DNA from: a bacterium | Lineage (GTDB): Bacteria > Zhuqueibacterota > Zhuqueibacteria > Zhuqueibacterales > Zhuqueibacteraceae | DNA length: 29,908 nucleotides | Assembly (NCBI GenBank): GCA_044869275.1 | Contig: JBIOXB010000253.1 | Location: 1-29,908 of the forward strand | Reading direction: 5' to 3' | Part shown: one piece after another, positions 8,241 to 16,488 of the stretch | Position numbering within the stretch: position 1 is the first letter of the stretch | Layout of the letters: every line of letters begins with the position of its first letter | Notes under the pieces: model-generated | The model's database searches: none | What the model was told of the DNA's origin: nothing | The model's input: only the letters and a program-made list of their open reading frames with translations | Program-made: the position numbers and the translations under genes

Positions 8241-9866
8241 TTGCAGCGACGTGACTTTTTGCGAATCGCCGGCGCGGGCATGGGTTCACTCATGCTTCCC
8301 CTGATGGGCCGGCCGGTTTCGCTGTTTGGAGCGCTTACGCCCATTCCAAATGGTGAAAAGAAAAAACTGGCAGACGTTGCTTTAAACGCGGCGCGCAGCA
8401 GGGGCGCGAGCTATGTCGACGTGCGCCTCGGCCGTTATTTGAATCAATTCGTCATCACGCGCGAGAACAAGGTGCAGAACGTCGTCAACACGGAATCGTA
8501 CGGCGCCGGCATCCGTGTGATCGCCAATGGGACGTGGGGCTTTGCCGCCACCAGCACGGTGACCACCGACGGCATCGCCAGAGCCGCGGAGCAAGCCGTC
8601 GCCATCGCCAAGGCCAACGCCAGGATTCAAGAAGAGCCGGTGCAGCTCGCGCCCAATCCCGGTTATGGCGAAGTGATCTGGCGCACGCCGATCGAGAAAA
8701 ACGCTTTTGAAGTTCCGATTTCGGAAAAGGTGGATTTGTTGATGGCGGTGAACGCGGCGGCCATGAAAGGCGGCGCGAACTTCATCAACTCGTTCTTGTT
8801 TCTGGTGAACGAACAAAAATACTTCGCCTCCACCGACGGCTCGTACATCGATCAGGACATTCACCGCATCTGGCCGAATTTTACGGTCACCGCGATCGAT
8901 CCGCAGAAAGGCAAATTCCAGACGCGCAACGCGTTGAGCGCCCCCATGGGCATGGGGTGGGAATACCTGAGCGGCCGCGCCGAAAGCAAAGTGGCCGGCA
9001 TCACCGCCCGTTACGGCAAACACTACGACATGCTCGAAGACGCGACTGCCGCAGCCCAACAAGCGCGGGAAAAACATGCGGCCAAAACCGTGGAGCCGGG
9101 CAAATACGATTTGGTGCTGGATCCTTCCCATTTGTGGCTGACGATTCATGAGTCCGTTGGACATCCTTTGGAACTGGATCGCGTCCTGGGTTACGAAGCC
9201 AACTATGCCGGCACCAGCTTCGCGACGATGGACAAATGGAAGTCCAAATCATTCAACTACGGCAGCAAGATCGTCAATCTTTTCGCCGATAAGGTCCAGC
9301 CCGGCTCTTTGGGCGCCGTGGGTTACGACGATGAAGGCGTGAAATGCAAGCGCTGGGATTTGGTGAAGGAGGGCATTCTGGTGAATTATCAAGCCATTCG
9401 CGATCAGATTCATATGCTCGATGAAAAAGAATCGCACGGCTGCTGCTACGCCGACAATTGGGGCTCGGTGCAATTTCAACGCATGCCCAATGTCTCGCTC
9501 GCGCCCGGCAACGCAAGGTTGACGGTGGAAGAACTGATCAAAGTCGTGGACAAAGGCATTTACATTGTCGGCAATGGCTCGTATTCCATCGATCAGCAAC
9601 GCTATAACTTCCAGTTCGGCGGCCAGTTGTTTTATGAGATCAAGAACGGCGAGATTGCGGGCATGCTGCGCGACGTCGCGTATCAATCCAACACGCAGGA
9701 ATTTTGGAACTCTTGCGTGCAGATTTGCGACGAGCGCGACTATCGTCTCGGGGGCTCGTTCTTCGATGGCAAGGGCGAGCCGGGGCAAGTCAGCGCCGTG
9801 TCGCATGGCTGCGCCACCGCGCGGTTCAATGGCGTGAATGTGATCAATACCGAGCGGAAGCTCTGA
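8241..9866 (+). CDS. tldD: TldD-family metalloprotease catalytic subunit with twin-arginine signal peptide
   Basis: HESVGH (HExxxH) followed by PLELDRVLG; GYDDEGV, QRMPN, GSYSIDQQRYNFQFGG and DGKGEPGQ. N-terminus MQRRDFLRIAGAGMG; TTG start with GAAGGAGG RBS. Confidence 0.93.
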   Translation: MQRRDFLRIAGAGMGSLMLPLMGRPVSLFGALTPIPNGEKKKLADVALNAARSRGASYVDVRLGRYLNQFVITRENKVQNVVNTESYGAGIRVIANGTWGFAATSTVTTDGIARAAEQAVAIAKANARIQEEPVQLAPNPGYGEVIWRTPIEKNAFEVPISEKVDLLMAVNAAAMKGGANFINSFLFLVNEQKYFASTDGSYIDQDIHRIWPNFTVTAIDPQKGKFQTRNALSAPMGMGWEYLSGRAESKVAGITARYGKHYDMLEDATAAAQQAREKHAAKTVEPGKYDLVLDPSHLWLTIHESVGHPLELDRVLGYEANYAGTSFATMDKWKSKSFNYGSKIVNLFADKVQPGSLGAVGYDDEGVKCKRWDLVKEGILVNYQAIRDQIHMLDEKESHGCCYADNWGSVQFQRMPNVSLAPGNARLTVEELIKVVDKGIYIVGNGSYSIDQQRYNFQFGGQLFYEIKNGEIAGMLRDVAYQSNTQEFWNSCVQICDERDYRLGGSFFDGKGEPGQVSAVSHGCATARFNGVNVINTERKL

Positions 9867-9870
9867 GGCC

Positions 9871-9943
9871 GGATGATTGGAATGCGGGATTATTGGATTG
9901 CTGCAAATCCATCGATCCATTCATCCACCCTTCCCTTGAATCC
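9871..9943. repeat. Octamer-periodic inverted repeat between tldD and pmbA
   Basis: ggatgatt|ggaatgcg|ggattatt|ggattgct followed by the complementary-type units gcaaatcc|atcgatcc|attcatcc|acccttcc|cttgaatcc. Confidence 0.65.
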
Positions 9944-9996
9944 AAAGACCAACTCACTTTCGCATTGCAAATACTTACAAACGAGGTTCATAAAAG

Positions 9997-11313
9997 ATGG
10001 CTCTCTTAACGCAAGCACAGGCTCGTGAAATTCTGCAGAAGGTCATGGGCTATTCCAAAGCGGATGAATGCGAGGCCAATCTCAACGGCAGCGAAGGCGG
10101 CAACATTCGTTATGCGCGCAATACCGTGACCACCAGCGGCATGCAAAACGATATGACCCTGGCTGTGCAATCGAGCTACGGCAAGCGCACGGGCACAGCG
10201 ACGATCAATGAATTCGACGACGCTTCGCTGCAAAAAGCCGTGCGCCGCTCCGAAGAGCTGGCCCAGCTCGCGCCCGAAAATCCCGAATATGTGAATTTCC
10301 TGGAGCCGCAAAAGTATCTGAGCTCGAACGCCTATTTCGATGGCACCGCGCAGATCACGCCGGAGTATCGCACGCAAGCGGCGGCGAGCAGCATCCAACC
10401 GTGCCGCGCCAAGAATCTGATTGCCGCGGGGTTCTTTCAGGACAGCACCGGTTTTCAAGCGATGATCAATTCCAAAGGCTTGTTTGCCTTTCATCGCCAG
10501 ACCGATGTCAACTTTTCCGCCACGGTGCGCACGCCCGACGGCACCGGCTCCGGCTACGTCACGCGCGATCAAAATGACGTGGCGAAGATGGACACCACTG
10601 CGGCCTCGCAAATTGCGCTGGAAAAGGCGGAGGGCTCGCGCCATCCCGTGGCGATCGAGCCGGGGAAATACACCGTCATTCTCGAACCGCCGGCTTCGAT
10701 CGAGTTGCTGCAAAACATGCTGTTCAACATGGACGCGCGCCAAACCGACGAAGGCCGGACCTTTCTCGCCAAACCCGGCGGCGGCACCAAGCTCGGTGAA
10801 AAAATCGTGGACGAGCGCGTGACAATTTATTCCGACCCCACGCATCCCGAGGTGCCGGTCGCAACCTGGAGCGGCGACGGCAGACCGCAGGAAAAAGTGC
10901 TGTGGATCGAAAAAGGCGTGGTGAAGAATCTCGCTTATTCCAGATTCTGGGCGCAAAAGCAAGGCGTGAAGGCCGTACCGTTTCCCAACAACGGCATTAT
11001 GGAAGGCGGCGAAGCTTCACTCGAAGACATGATTCGCGGCACCTCACGAGGCGTTTTGGTGAGCCGCACGTGGTACATCCGCACCGTCGATCCGCAGACT
11101 TTGCTGTACACCGGCTTGACGCGCGACGGCCTGTTCTATGTCGAAAACGGCAGGATCAAACATGCCATCAAGAATTTCCGCTTCAATGAAAGCCCGGTGA
11201 TCATGCTCAACAATCTCGAGGCCCTGGGCAGGCCGGTGCGCATCAACGGCAATTTGATTCCTCCGATGAAGATCCGCGACTTCACGTTCACCAGCCTTTC
11301 GGATGCGGTGTAG
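9997..11313 (+). CDS. pmbA: PmbA/TldE-family non-catalytic partner of TldD
   Basis: Motifs NIRYARN, IEPGKYTVILEP, TGLTRDGLFYVENG, NFRFNESP and FTFTSLSDAV. No HExxxH and no signal peptide; directly follows tldD. Confidence 0.9.
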   Translation: MALLTQAQAREILQKVMGYSKADECEANLNGSEGGNIRYARNTVTTSGMQNDMTLAVQSSYGKRTGTATINEFDDASLQKAVRRSEELAQLAPENPEYVNFLEPQKYLSSNAYFDGTAQITPEYRTQAAASSIQPCRAKNLIAAGFFQDSTGFQAMINSKGLFAFHRQTDVNFSATVRTPDGTGSGYVTRDQNDVAKMDTTAASQIALEKAEGSRHPVAIEPGKYTVILEPPASIELLQNMLFNMDARQTDEGRTFLAKPGGGTKLGEKIVDERVTIYSDPTHPEVPVATWSGDGRPQEKVLWIEKGVVKNLAYSRFWAQKQGVKAVPFPNNGIMEGGEASLEDMIRGTSRGVLVSRTWYIRTVDPQTLLYTGLTRDGLFYVENGRIKHAIKNFRFNESPVIMLNNLEALGRPVRINGNLIPPMKIRDFTFTSLSDAV

Positions 11314-11315
11314 AA

Positions 11316-11349
11316 GGGACCTTCCAAGTTTGCAGATCGGGAAGGTCTT
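11316..11349. repeat. REP-like hairpin between pmbA and the DUF4159 gene
   Basis: GGGACCTTCC-aagtttgcagatcg-GGAAGGTCTT, a 10-bp stem with no U-tract. Confidence 0.55.
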
Positions 11350-11367
11350 CCATTGGGACACCGGCTC

Positions 11368-12084
11368 ATGACGCGCAAGGAGTTCGTGACCACGCTCACG
11401 TTCGGCACGGCCGGAATTCTATTGTCGCCGTCCGCCCATGCCCGTGCCTCGGCATTCAAGCGCCGGCGCGCGGAATTCTTTTTCACCCGCCTGCAATATC
11501 TCTCCGGCGATTGGGATGTCGATCAGCGCATGCCTTCGAATTTGCTGAACTCGCTCGTCGAGTACACCACCATCGCGATCGACGCGCAGGAGAAAATCGT
11601 GCCGCTGAGCGACACCGAAATGCTGCATTCTCCCTTCTGCTATCTTTCCGGCCACAAACTCGTGCAGTTTACCACGCGCGAGCGTGATCATTTCGAGGCT
11701 TACGTCCGCCACGGTGGTTTTGTGTTCGTCGATGACTGCAATCACGATATCGATGGCTTGTTCGCAAAATCTTTTGAAGCGCAGATGGCGGCAATTTTCG
11801 GTGCGGAGGCCTTGCGTAAAATTCCCAACACGCACGAGCTCTACCGCAATTTCTTTCAATTCGAGAAGGGGCCCCCCACCACTGCCTTCGAGCTCAACGG
11901 CTGGGGCGACGATCTTGTGCACGATTATCTCAAGGGCATTGAAATCGACGGCCGCCTGGTGGTGCTCTACAGCAACAAAGACTATGGCTGCGAATGGGAT
12001 TACGATTTTCGCAACAAGCGCTGGCTGGCGGAGGATAACACCAAGTTTGGCGTAAATATGGTCGTGTATGCGATGACGTCTTGA
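11368..12084 (+). CDS. DUF4159-family protein with a Tat-like signal
   Basis: Motifs FTRLQYLSGDW, PFCYLSGH, GGFVFVDDCNHD, HELY, GIEIDGRLVVLYSNKDYGCEW and FGVNMVVYA. N-terminus MTRKEFV + hydrophobic stretch + AHA. Confidence 0.82.
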   Translation: MTRKEFVTTLTFGTAGILLSPSAHARASAFKRRRAEFFFTRLQYLSGDWDVDQRMPSNLLNSLVEYTTIAIDAQEKIVPLSDTEMLHSPFCYLSGHKLVQFTTRERDHFEAYVRHGGFVFVDDCNHDIDGLFAKSFEAQMAAIFGAEALRKIPNTHELYRNFFQFEKGPPTTAFELNGWGDDLVHDYLKGIEIDGRLVVLYSNKDYGCEWDYDFRNKRWLAEDNTKFGVNMVVYAMTS

Positions 12085-12123
12085 GGCAGGTTGTAACCTT
12101 GATTTTTGTAGCCACTTCACAAA

Positions 12124-12326
12124 CTGTCATTTGGAGGAATCTTGTGCAGCATAATCACCGTGCTGGATTCAACCAAGGTTCCGTAACGACAGTGATTTTC
12201 TATAGGATATTTATTAGACTCTTTTAGACCACGGATGGCACGGATTCGCAATCCGCGAAAATCAGCTCAATCCGCGTCATCCGTGGTCAGAATAGTATAA
12301 AAACTGCCTTTGAAAAACCTCTGCAA
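12124..12326 (+). repeat. Dispersed composite repeat, copy 1 (contains a 9-nt-periodic palindrome at 12227-12288)
   Basis: cagtgattttctataggatatttattagact...aatccgcgaaaatcagctcaatccgcgtcatccgtggtcagaatagtataaaaactgcctttgaaaaacctc aligns to the reverse complement of 26151-26285. Internal arms gaccacggatggcacggatt / aatccgcgtcatccgtggtc. Confidence 0.8.
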
Positions 12327-12555
12327 CGGCGGGATTCTGGGAATCTCGCCGCTGTTCTCTCTTCCCTCCTCTGCTTCCTCACACGTATTGTCCTAATTGC
12401 TGCTTCGCACCTTTTCACAAGAATCACCGCGGTGAAAATGAATTGTATTTGTAACGATTTGGTATAAATTGCACCAGGACTCAATCATGGCCGCTCAAAT
12501 ATTTGCCAGCATATGGTGCGAAAAAGACTAGGTCCTTTCTTGGAGCCCAACTGAT

Positions 12556-13623
12556 ATGGATGGTGCCCTATCGCTGCTCAGCGATGCTCTGCGGGTGCTG
12601 ACGATTCCGTTATTGGTGTTGCTGAATAGTTTCTTTGTCGCTGCGGAGTTTGCTTTGGTTGCGGTGCGGCGTACGCAGGTCGAAGAAATGGTGCGCGGCA
12701 GGAAATCCGGCGCACTCGCGGTACAAAAGGCCGTGGCGCGTCTCGACGACGCCATTGCCGCCACTCAGCTCGGCATCACCCTGGCCAGCCTGGCGCTGGG
12801 CTGGATCGGCGAACCGGCCGTGGCGCACTTGCTTCATCCATTGATAGGCTGGCTTCCCGGAGAATGGTCGGAGGTCGCCAGCCATTCCTTGGCGGCGGCG
12901 CTGGCCTTTACGTGTATTACTTTTCTGCACGTGGTGATCGGCGAGCTGGCGCCCAAAGCGCTCGCGCTGCAACGCCCGGACGAAATCTCCCTGTTCGTGG
13001 CTTCACCCTTGCTTGCCTTCTCCAGCCTTATGCGCCCGGCGATTGCGGTCATGAACGGCGCCGGCAACGCGATAGTCAAAGCGTTCGGCTTTAGGCCCGT
13101 TTCCGGACATCAAATGGTGCATTCCGTGGAAGAGCTCAGCCTGTTAGTGGAAGAGACCCGGCGCGCCGGCATGCTGCCGCCGGATCAAGCCGAATATTTG
13201 CGCAACGTCTTTCGGCTTTCCGCCAAGCGCGTGGGGGACATTATGATTCCGCTCGCACAAGTCGCGACCCTCGAAGTGCACTCTTCCGAAGCGGAAGTGA
13301 TCCAGGCCGTGCGCGAAGGCGTGCACACGCGCATGCCGGTATACCAGGGTCACATCGACAACATCATCGGCTTCGTCAACGCCAAAGATCTGTTCTATCT
13401 TTTCGGCCTGCAAGGCGTGATCACGTTGATGGATGCTTTATACCCTCCGACGTTTTTTACGCCGACGATGTCGGTGGCGTTTGCCTTGCGGGAATTTCGT
13501 CGGCAGAAAAAACAGATGGCCGTGGTCAAAGACAAAGAAGGTCACGTCCTGGGCATGGTCACACTGGAAGACGTGCTGGAGGAAATCGTCGGCGAAATCG
13601 AGGACGAGCACGACGCCCCCTGA
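12556..13623 (+). CDS. CNNM/CorB (hemolysin-family) protein: DUF21 and CBS pair, no CorC_HlyC tail
   Basis: Motifs NSFFVAAEFALVAVRR, ATQLGITLASLALGWIGEP, HVVIGELAPK, HTRMPVY; ends at TLEDVLEEIVGEIEDEHD. Confidence 0.92.
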   Translation: MDGALSLLSDALRVLTIPLLVLLNSFFVAAEFALVAVRRTQVEEMVRGRKSGALAVQKAVARLDDAIAATQLGITLASLALGWIGEPAVAHLLHPLIGWLPGEWSEVASHSLAAALAFTCITFLHVVIGELAPKALALQRPDEISLFVASPLLAFSSLMRPAIAVMNGAGNAIVKAFGFRPVSGHQMVHSVEELSLLVEETRRAGMLPPDQAEYLRNVFRLSAKRVGDIMIPLAQVATLEVHSSEAEVIQAVREGVHTRMPVYQGHIDNIIGFVNAKDLFYLFGLQGVITLMDALYPPTFFTPTMSVAFALREFRRQKKQMAVVKDKEGHVLGMVTLEDVLEEIVGEIEDEHDAP

Positions 13624-13705
13624 GCGCAGGGGCCATTTCATTTGAACGTTTGGCGCGCTTTGCCAGTCCCCCTCACATTAGAACTTTCGCCAGATTTCGA
13701 AGACG

Positions 13706-14707
13706 ATGGAAATCACCGAAAAAGAAGTTACCGCGCTGAGGCAGCGCCTCGCCGCCATGCGGCAAGAGGTCGAAAAAACCATCATCGGGCAGCACGAGAC
13801 GATCGAACAATTATTGATCGCTTTCGTTGCCGGCGGGCATTGCCTGCTCGAGGGCGTGCCCGGGCTTGCGAAAACCTTGATAATTCGCACGCTGGCGCAG
13901 GCGGTACATCTCTCCTTTCGCCGCATCCAATTCACGCCGGACTTGATGCCCACCGATATTCTCGGCACGGAAATTTTGGAGGAAGAACATGCCACGGGCC
14001 GGCGCTTTTTCAAATTCAATCGCGGCCCGGTTTTCGCGAACATCGTGTTGGCGGATGAAATCAACCGCACGCCGCCGAAAACACAGGCAGCTTTGCTGGA
14101 AGCGATGCAGGAATTCGAAGTGACGTATGGCGGCACAACCTACCCACTGGAGAGGCCGTTTTTTGTGCTAGCGACACAAAACCCGATCGAACAAGCCGGT
14201 ACCTATCCTCTCCCTGAAGCGCAGCTCGATCGCTTTTTGTTGTATGTGAAAATCGACTACCCGCGCGAAGCGGACGAGCGCGCGATTCTGGCGAGCACGA
14301 CGGGCATCCAGAACATTTCCATTCAACGCGTGATCACCGCGACAGAAATCCTGCTGGCGCAGTCCTTGGTGCGCGAAGTTCTGATCAACCAGGACTTGCT
14401 CGATTACGTGAATCGCCTGGTACGTGGCACTCGCCCGAATGGGGAGGCCATCGCATTCGTGAAAGAATGGGTGAGATGGGGTGCTGGGCCGCGCGCGGGG
14501 CAGGCGCTGATTCTGACCGCAAAAGCGCGCGCGTTACTGCAGGGGAGATTTGCCGTAACCTTGGCCGACTTGCAGGCGATGGCCGCGCCGGTTCTGCGGC
14601 ATCGCATTTTGATCAACTTCAAAGGTGAAGCCGAACGCGTAACCTCCGACGACGTTGCACGCGAATTGCTTCAAAAAACTTCACCCCCGCGCAGCCCCTT
14701 GCTGTGA
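13706..14707 (+). CDS. moxR: MoxR-family AAA+ ATPase
   Basis: Walker A EGVPGLAKT, RIQFTPDLMPTDILG, Walker B LADEINRTPPKTQAALLEAMQE, ATQNPIEQAGTYPLPEAQLDRF and PVLRHRI. Confidence 0.96.
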   Translation: MEITEKEVTALRQRLAAMRQEVEKTIIGQHETIEQLLIAFVAGGHCLLEGVPGLAKTLIIRTLAQAVHLSFRRIQFTPDLMPTDILGTEILEEEHATGRRFFKFNRGPVFANIVLADEINRTPPKTQAALLEAMQEFEVTYGGTTYPLERPFFVLATQNPIEQAGTYPLPEAQLDRFLLYVKIDYPREADERAILASTTGIQNISIQRVITATEILLAQSLVREVLINQDLLDYVNRLVRGTRPNGEAIAFVKEWVRWGAGPRAGQALILTAKARALLQGRFAVTLADLQAMAAPVLRHRILINFKGEAERVTSDDVARELLQKTSPPRSPLL

Positions 14708-14793
14708 CGAAGATAGAAAATCGAAGATCGAGAATAGAGGTATCGTGGCACGCTTTGCTTACCATTTTCTATTCTCAATCATCGATCTTCTAG
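14707..14793. repeat. Heptamer-periodic long inverted repeat between convergent genes (possible bidirectional terminator)
   Basis: acgaaga|tagaaaa|tcgaaga|tcgagaa|tagaggt ... ttttcta|ttctcaa|tcatcga|tcttcta; about 27-bp imperfect stem, 14714-14740 with 14766-14792. Confidence 0.7.
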
Positions 14794-14812
14794 ACTCGAG
14801 CGTCAACAAAGT

Positions 14813-15223
14813 TCAAGAGGATTTTTTCTTCGCTTGATACTCCTGCACGATTGCCGCGACCATCTGCTTCAATTGTTCCTGCTCCTGGAAACGCAGATCA
14901 ACTTTCAAGAATTCCATCGCCCATTTGTTTTGCATTTTGTAAAGCGTCACCAACGCCAGCTTGCGCACGCGCAGGTCCGGGTGGTTGCGGTAAACGCGCA
15001 TGACGTCGTATACCGCATCATTGATATCGAGCTTGTCCGCATGCTCCACAAAGAAGGCCATGGCCGATTGGCGCAGCCCTTCATTGTCCGAGGCCAGTGA
15101 ACGAACTAAGTTTTTGCTCACCAGCTTCCAATTGATTTCTTTTTCAGATGCCAAGCTGTTGCCGGCGCCCAAAGCTGCAAAAGTAATCGCCGCAGCTATT
15201 ACAAAACCGAATACTCGCCTCAT
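14813..15223 (-). CDS. Hypothetical secreted alpha-helical (HEAT-like) protein, 136 aa
   Basis: AAGGAG RBS before ATG 15223; Sec signal MRRVFGFVIAAAITFAALGAGNSLA; HEAT-like segments SLASDNEGLRQSAM and HPDLRVRKLALVTLYKM. Confidence 0.75.
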   Translation of the reverse strand: MRRVFGFVIAAAITFAALGAGNSLASEKEINWKLVSKNLVRSLASDNEGLRQSAMAFFVEHADKLDINDAVYDVMRVYRNHPDLRVRKLALVTLYKMQNKWAMEFLKVDLRFQEQEQLKQMVAAIVQEYQAKKKSS

Positions 15224-15591
15224 GAATAACTCCTTTAAGAAACGATGAAATTGCGATGAAAGGGTTGTGAAGGTCACGCATGCGTCGTTGCTGTCGAATA
15301 GGACAACGTCGATACTCAAAAGGTTGCATCGACGGCGAAATAATACGCGCACGCATGGCGTTTGTTTCATGGATAAGGTATGAAAAAAATTTAATTGCAG
15401 GTGGTCATAATGATTGCAACATTCGTACGCCCCGCAAGTCTGTTTCGAATTATGGGGTCTTGCAGAAACGAGGAATACGCGCTTGGGGAGGGAGTTTTAC
15501 GCACCTCGGCGCGAGGCCACACCACGGGAGGAAAATAAGGCTGGATTTCTCATCATGGGATAGTGTTTGGCACCGGCAAATACGATAAACC

Positions 15592-16488
15592 ATGTCCGTT
15601 TCGACGTATCGCTTCATCGATCCGCACATTCTGGCTGCGATCTCCGATCTGCCGCTGCTGGCCAAGACCGTGGTTGATGGTTTCATGCTGGGCGCGCACC
15701 AAAGCCCGCGGCCGGGCGCAGGCCAGGAATTCAACCAATATCGCAGCTACCAGCCCGGTGACGACCTGCGCCGCGTCGATTGGAAGATGTATGCGCGCTC
15801 CGACCGCTTTTACGTGCGCGAATCTGAAATTGAAACCAGCGTTGCCGTGCGCTTCGTTCTCGATGCGAGCGCCTCCATGGCACACGCGGACGGCGCAATC
15901 GTGAAATTTGACTATGCGCGATTTCTGGTCGCCGCGCTTGCTTATCTCGCCTATCAGCAAGGCGACGCGATCGGCTTGCTCAGCCTGCCGGCGAACGCGG
16001 CGTCCGCGCTGCCGCCCCAAAGAGCGCATCAGCAATTGCATCGGTTTTTGCATCAGTTGGAGCAGCTTACACCCAGCGGCACGTGGCCGGAATGGAAACA
16101 GATGGAGCCCATATTTGCCGCCACCCCCATGCGCGAATTGATCATTGTGGTCAGCGACCTGCACCAGTATCATGCCGAAATTTCCACGGTATTGGGCAAG
16201 CTGCGCGGTTTGAAACACGAAGTGCTGCTCCTTCATCTCCTGGGCCGCAATGAAATGGATTTCACCTATACCGGCGAGGTGACTTTTCAAGATTTGGAGA
16301 CCGGGCAAACGCTGCCCGCCAATACTGAGGCCGCGCGTGGAGAGTATCAAAAGGCGATGCGAGAATATCTGCTCGCCTTGCCGCGGGAATGGCGCGAGCA
16401 TGACATTGCCTATCAATTGCTGGCGCTCGATCAACCGTTGGATTTGGCCCTGCGCCGCTACTTAACCCAAAGAACAAAACTGTCGTGA
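15592..16488 (+). CDS. DUF58 / vWA-like MoxR partner protein
   Basis: GQEFNQYRSYQPGDDLRRVDWKMYARSDRFYVRESE, MIDAS-like VLDASASM, GDAIGL, IVVSDL and FQDLETG. Confidence 0.93.
   Translation: MSVSTYRFIDPHILAAISDLPLLAKTVVDGFMLGAHQSPRPGAGQEFNQYRSYQPGDDLRRVDWKMYARSDRFYVRESEIETSVAVRFVLDASASMAHADGAIVKFDYARFLVAALAYLAYQQGDAIGLLSLPANAASALPPQRAHQQLHRFLHQLEQLTPSGTWPEWKQMEPIFAATPMRELIIVVSDLHQYHAEISTVLGKLRGLKHEVLLLHLLGRNEMDFTYTGEVTFQDLETGQTLPANTEAARGEYQKAMREYLLALPREWREHDIAYQLLALDQPLDLALRRYLTQRTKLS

Noticed and set aside
8241..12084. RiPP (microcin-type) biosynthetic cluster suggested by TldD/PmbA
   Set aside because: No YcaO, radical SAM enzyme, exporter or evident precursor peptide in the window.
12424..12470. 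Palindrome TCACCGCGGTGA and possible promoter TTGTAT-N16-TAAATT before the second CNNM gene
   Set aside because: Single occurrence and weak consensus; not enough to call.
14746..14759. TGGCACGCTTTGCT as a sigma54 promoter
   Set aside because: Spacing between TGGCAC and TTGC is 3 nt rather than 5, and it lies in a hairpin loop between convergent genes.
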